This document shows, piece after piece, positions 1 to 8,041 of a DNA stretch of 28,781 nucleotides. How positions within the stretch are numbered: position 1 is the stretch's first letter; every line of letters begins with the position of its first letter. The notes beneath the pieces are model-generated. The model made no database searches, was not told the DNA's origin, and saw only the letters and a list, made by a program, of their open reading frames with translations. The stretch is taken from contig CBFGIY010000025.1 in NCBI GenBank assembly GCA_965648935.1, forward strand, positions 1 to 28,781, read 5' to 3'. A program made the translations under genes and the position numbers. The stretch is from a candidate division WOR-3 bacterium. Lineage in GTDB: Bacteria > Hydrothermota > Tepidihabitantia > Tepidihabitantales > Tepidihabitantaceae.

Positions 1-783
1 AGCAGGGAAACGACGCTGCGGATTCTCTCCTGGAACGTAAACGGCATCCGCGCGGCCGCGCGCAAAGGGTTTCTGGACTGGCTCGCGCGCGACCGGCCCG
101 ACGTCCTCTGCGTGCAGGAAGCACGGGTTGGGCCGGAAGCGGTTGAACCGGCGCTGCGCGAGCCTGAGGGCTACCGCGCGGTGTGGAACCCGGGCGCGCG
201 ACCCGGGTACTCCGGCACGGTCACCTTCGCGCTGAGCGAACCGGAGCACACGCGCATCGGGTTCGGCATCGAGCGGTTCGACAGCGAAGGGCGGATAGTG
301 CTCACGCGCCTCGCGGGGTTCGATATCTACAACGTCTACTTTCCCAACGGCAAACAGAGCGCGGAAAGGCTGCAGTATAAGCTCGAGTTCTACGACTGGT
401 TTCTTGACCATCTCGTGCGCGAGAAGCGGCAGGGGAGAAGGCTGGTCGTCGGCGGCGACTACAACACCGCGCACAAGGAAATTGACCTCGCGCATCCGAA
501 AGAGAACGCGAAGATATCGGGCTTCCTGCCTGTGGAGCGGGCGTGGCTCGACCGGCTGGTCGCGGCCGGGTTCGTCGACACCTTCAGGATGTTCTCAAGC
601 GAGCCCGGGAAGTACACGTGGTGGAGCCCGCTCTCGCGGGCGCGCGAGCGCAACGTCGGCTGGCGGATTGACTACTGGTTCGTCTCAGACGACGTCGCGC
701 CGCTGGTCAAAGACGCGTTCATAATGCCCGAAGTGATGGGTTCTGACCACTGCCCGGTCGGCATCACGCTGGCAATCGGCTGA
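1..783 (+). CDS. xth: Exodeoxyribonuclease III / AP endonuclease, 5'-truncated by the window edge
   Basis: Frame 1 is open from base 1 and reads LRILSWNVNGIRA...DVLCVQE...GYSG...NVYFPNG...GDYNTAH...YTWWS...NVGWRIDY...GSDHCPV, the full ExoIII motif set. The true start lies upstream of the ORF-track start at 112. Confidence 0.97.
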   Translation, partial: SRETTLRILSWNVNGIRAAARKGFLDWLARDRPDVLCVQEARVGPEAVEPALREPEGYRAVWNPGARPGYSGTVTFALSEPEHTRIGFGIERFDSEGRIVLTRLAGFDIYNVYFPNGKQSAERLQYKLEFYDWFLDHLVREKRQGRRLVVGGDYNTAHKEIDLAHPKENAKISGFLPVERAWLDRLVAAGFVDTFRMFSSEPGKYTWWSPLSRARERNVGWRIDYWFVSDDVAPLVKDAFIMPEVMGSDHCPVGITLAIG

Positions 784-913
784 CGGCCCGGCCGGCCGTC
801 GTCCCTTGCCAGTTGTCAGTCGGCACATGCCGGAGGTGTACCAAGCCAGAGACAACCAGAACATCGAGCAACTTGTCGCACAATGCCGAACGCAGTCTGC
901 CGCGAAACGACGG

Positions 914-1029
914 GGGCGGCCCGGGGAGCAGACCAGGGTTCTGAGGGGGCTGCGCGTAACCGGCTGTGGCGGCAGGAATTGGGCCATTGAACTTGGAAAC
1001 AGCTTCCTGTAACATATCTTACAGGAAGC
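914..1029 (+). repeat. Non-coding element, copy 1, ending in the 11-6-11 palindrome GCTTCCTGTAA-CATATC-TTACAGGAAGC (1002-1029)
   Basis: 914-1024 aligns without gaps to 23869-23979 (83/111 identical by hand count; first 18 and last 21 bp identical). The 11-bp arms are perfect inverted repeats. Confidence 0.9.
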
Positions 1030-1041
1030 CGAAGAATCCCA

Positions 1042-2169
1042 ATGCCCGGCAAGCATCGACAGGACACGTTCAAGTTTGGCCCTGAAGCCGGTGCCGCACT
1101 GCGCGGCATTCGCGAGCGGGCCGGGTTGAGCGTGGAGGCTTTGGCCCGGCAGATGGGCCGCAGCATCGGGTATGCGCCGCACCTGAGCCGGCTTGAACGC
1201 GGCGCGGTGAAGTATCCGACGCTGGCGCTGGTGCTGGACTACCTGCGCGCCTGCCGTTCTTCCATCGACGAGCTGGCCGCAGTGCTGGGCCGCTACACTT
1301 CTCTGCCGCCCGTTGCGGAAGCGACGGGCCGCGAGGGGGTGAAAGCGCTGGTCGCAACCCTGCCGCCCAAGGTAGCCCATCAGGTCGACACCTACGACAT
1401 CAAGACGGCCGCGGCGCGGGAGCGCGAAGGCAAGCCGCCGCTCGACCCGATCAAGCGGGAGCTGCGGGTTCGACGGCAGGCCCAGGCCGCCTTGGAGCGC
1501 GACATTCTCGACCGGGCGGTACACGAGGTGATGGACGAGCTGGGCGTCCTGCCGATGCTGGACGTGCGGCGCGCCGCGTTCGACTTCGCACACAAGCTCT
1601 GGCGCATCCTGCGGACCACGCGGCCCCGGCCGGACCGGTCCCTGAACCGGCGCGGCAAGTCGCGCGAAGTGCGCCTCGATGAGGTCTCGGTCAAGACCGC
1701 GGAACTGGGCATCATCCCGGCCGAGGGACTGGCGCTCTTGCGCGGGCTGACCGAAGGGCTGTTTGCCGCGATGGAGTCCTCGGGACAACTCGACCGCCTG
1801 CCGACGCTGCAGCAGGCCCGGCTCGTGCCCAAGCCGCTGTCGCACCACTACAAGGGCGGCCCGGCTCAATCCGAGCCCAAGCCGCTGGCGCGCGGCCGGC
1901 CGTACAACGCCAGGTGGGTCGAGGTGGTCACGGCTGAAACGACCAGGCGAATGAGTGAAGCGGGGCTCAAGGGTGACCGCCTGCGAGCGTGCATCCCGTG
2001 GCTCTCTGTCCTGCGGCCGATTGCGCTGGACACCGAGCCGGGCAGCGGCGAGCGCGAACAGCGACTCGCGGCGGCCGCGGCTCAGACGCGTGACCCGGAG
2101 CTGTTCCGCAAGGTGGCTGAGATGTACTTCGATGAGTTCGAGCGCTGGCGCGGGCGCATCTTCGGGTAG
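1042..2169 (+). CDS. XRE-family HTH protein with a long helical C-terminal region containing an internal repeat
   Basis: N-terminus GAALRGIRERAGLSVEALARQMG...HLSRLERG...PTL is a typical XRE HTH; host-like codon usage. Confidence 0.85.
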   Translation: MPGKHRQDTFKFGPEAGAALRGIRERAGLSVEALARQMGRSIGYAPHLSRLERGAVKYPTLALVLDYLRACRSSIDELAAVLGRYTSLPPVAEATGREGVKALVATLPPKVAHQVDTYDIKTAAAREREGKPPLDPIKRELRVRRQAQAALERDILDRAVHEVMDELGVLPMLDVRRAAFDFAHKLWRILRTTRPRPDRSLNRRGKSREVRLDEVSVKTAELGIIPAEGLALLRGLTEGLFAAMESSGQLDRLPTLQQARLVPKPLSHHYKGGPAQSEPKPLARGRPYNARWVEVVTAETTRRMSEAGLKGDRLRACIPWLSVLRPIALDTEPGSGEREQRLAAAAAQTRDPELFRKVAEMYFDEFERWRGRIFG

Positions 2170-2171
2170 CG

Positions 2172-2200
2172 TTGACCGGCGACCACTCTGTTGGTAGAAT
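2172..2200 (+). promoter_or_regulatory. Sigma70-like promoter
   Basis: TTGACC-N17-TAGAAT. Confidence 0.55.
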
Positions 2201-2336
2201 TATAGTACGCGCAAGACAGACCGAAGTGCCTTGCCGTTGACAACTCTCGTTACAGGGGCTGGATTTGCGGACCGTCCTCGTCAAGTTGACCGGCGTTGAG
2301 GACTAATGCATTGATAGATAATGGTTTACGCAAGTC

Positions 2337-2364
2337 TTGACAGAGTATACTCGCGCACTAGACT
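2337..2364 (+). promoter_or_regulatory. Sigma70-like promoter for the YncE-like gene
   Basis: TTGACA-N16-TAGACT. The ORF-track TTG start at 2337 is the -35 box. Confidence 0.55.
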
Positions 2365-2381
2365 CCGCGCAATGCCCGGGG

Positions 2382-3773
2382 ATGATGCCAAGTAGGTTTC
2401 GGGCGAAGGCCCTGCCTCTTCTTCTCACAATCGCCGTTTCGATTGCGTGGGCGCAGTACGTCGAGGATTCGATAGACGTCGGCGGCTCCTGGGTCGGCTC
2501 GATGGCCTACAACTCGCGCGAGGATGTGGTGTACGGCGCAAGCGAGTCAGGCCGACAGGTCTTTGCGATTGACTGCGCGACCAACAGAATCGTCGGCAGT
2601 ATTCCCGTGCGATCTCCTCTTCGGGTTGTCTACGACTCGCTCGACAATAAGGCATACGTCACCGTCTACAACTACGAGACCTGCGATTCAGTGCTTGTCA
2701 TCGATGGCGCGACACACCAGCGTCTTCGCATGATTCCGGTAAGGGGGGCTACCGACCTCGTTTGGGACCGGGTCTACAACCGGGTCTACGTGTCCTGCGA
2801 TGCGCAGTGGGACGTGAAGGTGATTGACTGCCGGACCGACGCGGTGATAGCGACGATTCGCACGGGCGATGGTCCGCTGAAGATGCACATCAACCCGCGG
2901 CGCCGCAAGTTGTACGTGCAGAACTACGACGAGGGGACGATTGCCGTTATAGACATGACGCGCAACGAGGTTGTCCGGTCAATTCGCGTCAGGCAGGGTA
3001 CCGAATCCGGCGCATACGATGAATCCTCTGACACATACTGGGTGGGTCTGCGGGACAGGGCGGTGGTCATCGACTGCGCGACCGATTCAGTCATTGCGGA
3101 GATTGCGACTGGGATCGATCGGAATGTGTACTCAGTCGCTACGGATGGTGTCGGACGCGTGATGCTGTGCGTGACGGGCACAAACGTCCTGCTGACTTAC
3201 GACTGCTACACCCGTGCCCTGCTGTCTAGCGTTCCGATTGGCAGTGAACCCCGGTCCGTAGTCTGGAATGCGGGCCGGTCGTTGCTGTATGTGGCTAACA
3301 GCATGTCCAACTGCGTAAGCGCAGTCTCCGGAGATGGGTCCATGTTGCTGGCGTCTCTGCCCGTTCAGAACTGCCCAAGCGCTATGGCTTACTCGAACGC
3401 AGCGAGGCGCGTATACGTTGGCCACTCAAACACCCGTCTGGTCTACGTGCTTCGTGACGAAGCCGACGCAGCGCCCCGCCGTAGTCCAGTCGGCGGCGAG
3501 GCGGCGACGTCGGCAAGGCTCCTGAGCACACCCTTCAACGGAGTGGCGTCAATCGCCATCGAGGGTCGTCTGGAAACGCGCGGCGAGCTTCAGGTCTTCT
3601 CATCGGCGGGCAAATGTATCCGTCGGCTATCGCCCGCTTCAGTCGAGCCTGGGTGTTCTGTGTGGCGCTGGGATGGCCGTGACGAGCAGGGCAGGGAAGC
3701 ACCTGCCGGCGTGTACTTGTTCGCGCCTGCCGGGATGCGCTCGGCAGGGGTCCGAGGCGTGAAGCTCCGGTAG
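2382..3773 (+). CDS. Secreted YncE/YVTN-type beta-propeller with C-terminal FlgD-Ig-like domain
   Basis: Signal peptide ending IAWA/QY, repeated VIDCxTDxVIAxI blades, tail WRWDGRDEQGREAPAGVYL. Start is ATG 2382 or 2385. Confidence 0.85.
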   Translation: MMPSRFRAKALPLLLTIAVSIAWAQYVEDSIDVGGSWVGSMAYNSREDVVYGASESGRQVFAIDCATNRIVGSIPVRSPLRVVYDSLDNKAYVTVYNYETCDSVLVIDGATHQRLRMIPVRGATDLVWDRVYNRVYVSCDAQWDVKVIDCRTDAVIATIRTGDGPLKMHINPRRRKLYVQNYDEGTIAVIDMTRNEVVRSIRVRQGTESGAYDESSDTYWVGLRDRAVVIDCATDSVIAEIATGIDRNVYSVATDGVGRVMLCVTGTNVLLTYDCYTRALLSSVPIGSEPRSVVWNAGRSLLYVANSMSNCVSAVSGDGSMLLASLPVQNCPSAMAYSNAARRVYVGHSNTRLVYVLRDEADAAPRRSPVGGEAATSARLLSTPFNGVASIAIEGRLETRGELQVFSSAGKCIRRLSPASVEPGCSVWRWDGRDEQGREAPAGVYLFAPAGMRSAGVRGVKLR

Positions 3774-3827
3774 CGATTCGGCCCGCCCGGGCTCGGACCG
3801 CTGCCGACAACCGGAGGGGGAGGTCAG

Positions 3828-4164
3828 GTGCACCTGAAGAGGAGCGCGCTAGCGCTTGTGGTGGTAATGTTCTCGTTCACAATCGTGTCTGCCGAGTGGT
3901 TCGAGGTCGCCGGAGGAACCGGAGACGTCTGCGCGGAAGTGCTGAGTCATTCGATTGACCGCACGACGTACCGGATCATCGTCCCAGGGATCGAGATGAC
4001 GGAGGTCTTCGAGGACTCCGTGCTGTACACCCGTCTGGAGATACCGGGTGCCTCACCCGCGCATGGCGCTGTCGGCCGCCCGGAGTGCCAGACGCTGCCC
4101 ATGCTGTCGGCGGTTCCATATTGTGCGGACCTACAACTCGTTGTCGACAGCGTTCACTTCTTTG
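3828..4164 (+). pseudogene. N-terminal fragment of a secreted C25 (gingipain) propeptide-like protein, cut by IS3
   Basis: RBS GGAGG plus GTG, signal peptide, YTRLEIPG...GRPECQTLPMLSAVP resembling a degenerate GxPELP propeptide motif. The frame runs into the IS end at 4165. Confidence 0.65.
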
Positions 4165-4194
4165 TGATCTGTCCCCGATTCGTTGGACACGTTT

Positions 4195-5025
4195 TCACGC
4201 GGCTGCTGCCTGTTTCTCGAAGTCGTTCGGGCTCATGTAGCCCAGGCTCGAGTGCAGTCGCCGGCTATTGTAGAACAACTCGATGTAGCTGACAATCGCT
4301 GAGCGGGCTTCGGCCCGGGTCCGAAACCGCCGCCGGTAGACCAGCTCCACCTTCAGCGTCCGAAAGAAACTCTCCGCCACCGCGTTGTCGTAAGGGTCAC
4401 CCTTCCGACTCATGCTCGACAATATGCCGCGTCGCCTCAGTGCCCTGCGGAACTTGCGGCAGGCATACTGCACGCCGCGGTCCGAGTGATGAATCAGGCC
4501 CGGCATTGGACAGCGCCGCCCGACCGCCATTACCAGTGCAGCCAGCACCAGTTGCCGGTCCAGCCGGCTCGACAGCGCCCAGCCGACCACCCGGCGTGAG
4601 CACAGGTCCAGCACCACGGCCAGGTACAGCCAGCCCTCGTCCGTCGGGATGTAGCTGATGTCGCTTGCCCAGACCCGGTCCGGCCACTCGACCCGGAACT
4701 TGCCGTCCAGCACGTTGGGCGCTACCGGCCAGCCGTGACCTTCTTCCTGGGCCGGCCGGTCGCTGCTCCTTCTGACCGCCGCCAGCTCGGCCCGCCGCAT
4801 CAGCCGCTCAACCCGGCCGCGGCTGCAGCGTATCCCCTTGCTCTTGAGCTCGGCCCAGACCCGCGGGCTGCCGTAGGTCTGACGACTCTCCCTGAAGATG
4901 ATGCGGATCTCCTGCTCCAGGTTACGGTTCTGGACTGCTCGCCGGCTCGGCAACCGACGCTTGGACGCGTAGTACCCGCTGCGGGAAACGCCGGCTGCCC
5001 GGCACATCAGTTTCACGGGTGTCAT
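4195..5025 (-). CDS. IS3 transposase OrfB (DDE integrase core), probably expressed as an OrfAB fusion
   Basis: YGSPRV, WASDISYI, YLAVVLDLCSRRVVGW, HHSDRGVQY, DNAVAESFF, YNSRRLHSSLGY. This frame stays open upstream to the A7 run. Confidence 0.96.
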   Translation of the reverse strand: MTPVKLMCRAAGVSRSGYYASKRRLPSRRAVQNRNLEQEIRIIFRESRQTYGSPRVWAELKSKGIRCSRGRVERLMRRAELAAVRRSSDRPAQEEGHGWPVAPNVLDGKFRVEWPDRVWASDISYIPTDEGWLYLAVVLDLCSRRVVGWALSSRLDRQLVLAALVMAVGRRCPMPGLIHHSDRGVQYACRKFRRALRRRGILSSMSRKGDPYDNAVAESFFRTLKVELVYRRRFRTRAEARSAIVSYIELFYNSRRLHSSLGYMSPNDFEKQAAAA

Positions 5026-5042
5026 ACCGGCCTGGCTCGCTA

Positions 5043-5366
5043 TCAGTCGGTACTTGTGTGCGCTTCCCGCGCCAGCCAGACCGCGGCTTTTTTTAGAAAG
5101 TCGCGCTCCTGCCGCAGCGTCTGTACCTCTCGCCGCAGCCGCCGCAACTCCTCGTCCTGTGGCTTGAGCTTGCCCTTGCCGGGAAAGGCCTGCTCAGCAT
5201 CGTTCGCCAGTTCCTGCCGCCACTTGTACAGGGTGTTCTTGTTGAGACCCAGGTCACGCGCAACCCGGGCTACCGACAGACCGCTCTCATTGGCCAGCCG
5301 GACCGCTTCCAGCTTGTACTCACGCGTGTAGTTCTTGCGGACTCCGGACCTCGATTGCTCGACCAT
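5043..5366 (-). CDS. IS3 transposase OrfA (HTH)
   Basis: RKNYTREYKLEAVRL...VARVARDLGL...LYKW...LRRLRREVQTLRQERDFLKKAA. Confidence 0.95.
   Translation of the reverse strand: MVEQSRSGVRKNYTREYKLEAVRLANESGLSVARVARDLGLNKNTLYKWRQELANDAEQAFPGKGKLKPQDEELRRLRREVQTLRQERDFLKKAAVWLAREAHTSTD
5087..5094 (-). other. -1 programmed frameshift site (AAAAAAAG) joining orfA to orfB
   Basis: A7G at the FLKKA codons. The -1 frame reads KKSRGLAGAGSAHKYRLIASQAGMTPVKLMC directly into OrfB. Confidence 0.85.
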
Positions 5367-5430
5367 TCGGTACCGCCGATATGAGTCTACAGCCGCTTTC
5401 CCGCATGTCCTTCACATCGGGGGAAGTCCA

Positions 5431-6011
5431 CTCTCACTCCAGCGACCCTTACCCGGGTTGGAGCGTCGCCACACAACACCACCAGAGGAGTCCAGCCTAA
5501 ACACAACCATGCCGGAATCGTGGCCCGGGTTTGAGGCGAGCAGCGCGTATCCGCCGTCAGGTGTTTCTGTGATGCAGTACCCATATTCAAGCGTGTCGCA
5601 GAAGTAGACCCTCTGCCATTGCAGCAGGCCCTGCGAGTCCGTCTTCACGACATACGGTTGCTTCAGCCTGTTTCCCGAACCAGGGAAGCAGTTGCTCCCA
5701 CAGCCGGCGATTATGTATCCCCCGTCTCGCGTCTGTCGGACGCACTGCGCGTCGCTCCTCCCGAAGGTGCGCTCCCACTCAAGACTCCCAAGTGAGTCCA
5801 CCTTGACAAGGTAGAACACGCTTGCTTGGCCCGTGGCTGCTGTCACACCAGCCGCCACGAAGCCGCCGTCAGAGGTCGACTCCACCCAATAGCCCTGCGC
5901 GTAGTCGAGCGCGCTGAAGGTCCGCACCCACTGTACCGCCGGCGGGTTGTCGGCCTTGCCGCAGGACACCAGCGCCAGGAGCGCTGCCACTGCTACGACC
6001 GGTCTTCTCAC
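5431..6011 (-). pseudogene. Lipoprotein with beta-propeller-type repeats, 3'-truncated by IS3
   Basis: RBS AAGGAG plus GTG 6011 (alternative ATG 6050), lipobox LVSC, repeats TxDGGY/F...LVKxDSxGxLxWxR. The frame runs into the IS end at 5430. Confidence 0.75.
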
Positions 6012-6356
6012 GCGTATCTCCTTCAAGCTCGCGGTCTTGTCCTTCGACATCGCAGCCCCGTCCTTCCTCCCCGCCCCCGCCCGCATCTTAGCGTCCTCTA
6101 CCGACGCCTGTCAACATCGGTACATCACCGGCCCGCTATACCATCGCTTCGCCCGGTTCGGCCCCGAACTGACGGCCGTGAGCCGGGGCGGCGCAAACCG
6201 CGGGACAGTCCCGTCGCCCAGGTCCGCTAGCGACAATCCCGGGTTTGCGCCTGCCTGTGGCTTGACCCGGACGCCACGGTCAGCGCGGGCAGGAGCAGGA
6301 CTGCGACAACACAGCCATTGCGCTTCCCTGAGGCTGCCGGTATTCTCTCCTGCACT

Positions 6357-6980
6357 ATGAGCCGGGACAGTATGCCGTCAACCCCGTTGGAGATTCGCGG
6401 ACCGCGGGTGAAGCTGCGGCCGTTGCGCGAATCGGACATCGTCGACTACGAGCGCTGGGCCGACCCGGCGCTTGCCGCGTGGAAGTACGACGGGCCGTGG
6501 TTCAGCGACGACGTGAGCGAGTTGCCGGTCCGGGCGCGCAAGCGTCTGGACAACCCGAAGGACCCGCCGAACCGAATGGAGATCGATACCAGTGATGGCC
6601 GGCACGTCGGCTGGGTCGTCGTGTACCAGACGCCGGATGACCCGCACATGACCGAGGTCGGCATCGATATCGTCGAGGACCGGCTGTGGGGCCAGGGCCT
6701 GGGCACCGAGGCGCTGGCGCTGTGGATTGACTACCTGTTCCGCACGCGCGGGCTGACCCGCGTGGGCCTCGCCACCTGGTCGGGCAACCTCGGGATGGTG
6801 CGCGTGGCCGAGAAGTTGGGGATGAAGCAGGAAGCCTGTACCCGCAACGGCTGCGAGGTCGGAGGCCGGTTCTTTGACCGGCTCAGGTACGGCATCCTGC
6901 GCGAAGAATGGGAGACAGCGCGCGTGAGCTTGCCGGTGTGGCGGGCCGCCCTGGTGGACTCGGAGTCTAGCCGCACATGA
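6357..6980 (+). CDS. RimJ/RimL-type GNAT N-acetyltransferase
   Basis: VKLRPL, EVGIDI, WGQGLGTEAL, TWSGNLGMVRVAEKLGMKQE, YGILREEW. Promoter-like TTGCGC-N17-TATTCT at 6318-6346 favours a start at 6357 or 6372. Confidence 0.92.
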   Translation: MSRDSMPSTPLEIRGPRVKLRPLRESDIVDYERWADPALAAWKYDGPWFSDDVSELPVRARKRLDNPKDPPNRMEIDTSDGRHVGWVVVYQTPDDPHMTEVGIDIVEDRLWGQGLGTEALALWIDYLFRTRGLTRVGLATWSGNLGMVRVAEKLGMKQEACTRNGCEVGGRFFDRLRYGILREEWETARVSLPVWRAALVDSESSRT

Positions 6981-7513
6981 AGTTGTCACTCGTCGCCGCG
7001 GTGCTGGCGATCTCCGCCTTGACGGAAGGGGGCGTCAATGTGATTGGAGTGAAACTGCCCGAACTCAAAGACAAGGCGCTGGACGGGGCGGTCACCAGCC
7101 TGCCCGGCGATGTGAAGGGTTATGTGGCGGTCATCGCGTTCGCGTTCAAGCGCGAGTCGCAGCCTGATATCGATGAGTGGCTGGTTGCGGTCGGCGAGGA
7201 GTTGAGCGATGCCCGTCAATTCCGGATGTACGAAGTGCCGATGATGGGCGGCGGCCTGGTGAAGCTCCTGCGCGGCACCATCAACAACGGAATGAAGGGC
7301 GCGACACCGGCGGCGCGCAGGCGTTTCATCGTGCCGTTCTACGGCGACATCGACGCCTACGCGCGCAAGCTCGGGATGGAGGACCGCAGTGCCGTGCACG
7401 TGTTGCTGCTGGACAAGGGCGGCGTGATACGCTGGTCAGCGGCAGGCCGGGTGACGCAGCAGCGCCGGGACGAGCTCGTCGCGCTCGCGCGCGGGCTGGC
7501 CGGGCCGCAGTAG
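6977..7513 (+). CDS. Secreted thioredoxin-fold protein without CxxC, ATP10-like
   Basis: ATGA overlap with the GNAT gene, signal peptide, LPELKDKALDG..LP, SQPDIDEW, YEVPM, VLLLDKGGVIRWSAAG. Confidence 0.7.
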   Translation: MKLSLVAAVLAISALTEGGVNVIGVKLPELKDKALDGAVTSLPGDVKGYVAVIAFAFKRESQPDIDEWLVAVGEELSDARQFRMYEVPMMGGGLVKLLRGTINNGMKGATPAARRRFIVPFYGDIDAYARKLGMEDRSAVHVLLLDKGGVIRWSAAGRVTQQRRDELVALARGLAGPQ

Positions 7514-7637
7514 CCTGAGACGGGGCAACCCGAAGCCGTTTTGCGCGTCTAAACGAGTGAGACAAGGCAAGACGCGAGGACGGAGAACACACAACCCAGG
7601 ACGCGGCTTCAAGCAAAGCCGAGTACCGTAACACCAC

Positions 7638-7670
7638 GATGGCGGGAGCGCAGCTCCCGCCATCATTTTC
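7638..7670 (+). terminator. Intrinsic terminator
   Basis: GATGGCGGGAGC-GCA-GCTCCCGCCATC followed by ATTTTC. Confidence 0.75.
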
Positions 7671-7687
7671 CTGCCGGGCGCGGCGCG

Positions 7688-7897
7688 TCAGCCGGCGCGC
7701 GGCGAATCCAGCACCGCGACGGCCCGGTCGGCGTCGTCCGGGATGACGCAGAGGCGGACCGGGCCTGGTTCGCTTTCTGCCTGTCCTGTTTCCTCGTCGA
7801 GGACAACCGCGTCGATGCCTTCGGCTTCGAGCAGGCCGAGCGCGAACTCGGCCTCGAGCCGGGTCGTGTAGGTCCTGATGCAGACATTGCCGTTCAC
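7688..7897 (-). CDS. DUF2007 / putative signal-transducing small protein
   Basis: RBS GGAGG plus GTG; TYTTRLEAEFALGLLEAEGIDAVVLDE...VRLCV...DADRAVAVL. Upstream promoter-like TTGACT-N16-TACGAT (7979-7952). Confidence 0.8.
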   Translation of the reverse strand: MNGNVCIRTYTTRLEAEFALGLLEAEGIDAVVLDEETGQAESEPGPVRLCVIPDDADRAVAVLDSPRAG

Positions 7898-7989
7898 GTT
7901 GCCTCCAGTCGGCCGCCCGGTCCGGGCCCCGGGGCGGTCTGCAATCGCCTTATCGTAGGCCACGGGCAACGCCAGTCAAGCGGCGGACC

Positions 7990-8025
7990 GAAAAGAGCAG
8001 AACCCGGGCCTGGCCCGGGTTCTGC
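7990..8025 (-). terminator. Intrinsic terminator of the redoxin gene
   Basis: Inverted repeat GCAGAACCCGGGCC/GGCCCGGGTTCTGC (7997-8025) followed by TCTTTT on the minus strand. Confidence 0.8.
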
Positions 8026-8041
8026 GCGAAAGCGTTACGAA

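Larger units (their letters stand above)
4165..5430 (-). mobile_element. IS3-family insertion sequence, 1266 bp
   Basis: Imperfect terminal IRs TGATCTGTCCCCGATTCGTTGGACAC (from 4165) and TGGACTTCCCCCGATGTGAAGGACAT (reverse, from 5430); orfA/orfB layout; no target-site duplication. Confidence 0.93.

Noticed and set aside
7515..7536. Hammerhead ribozyme or TPP/c-di-GMP riboswitch (CTGAGA...GAAG)
   Set aside because: The core does not fit CUGAnGA/GAAA, and downstream riboswitch motifs are missing.
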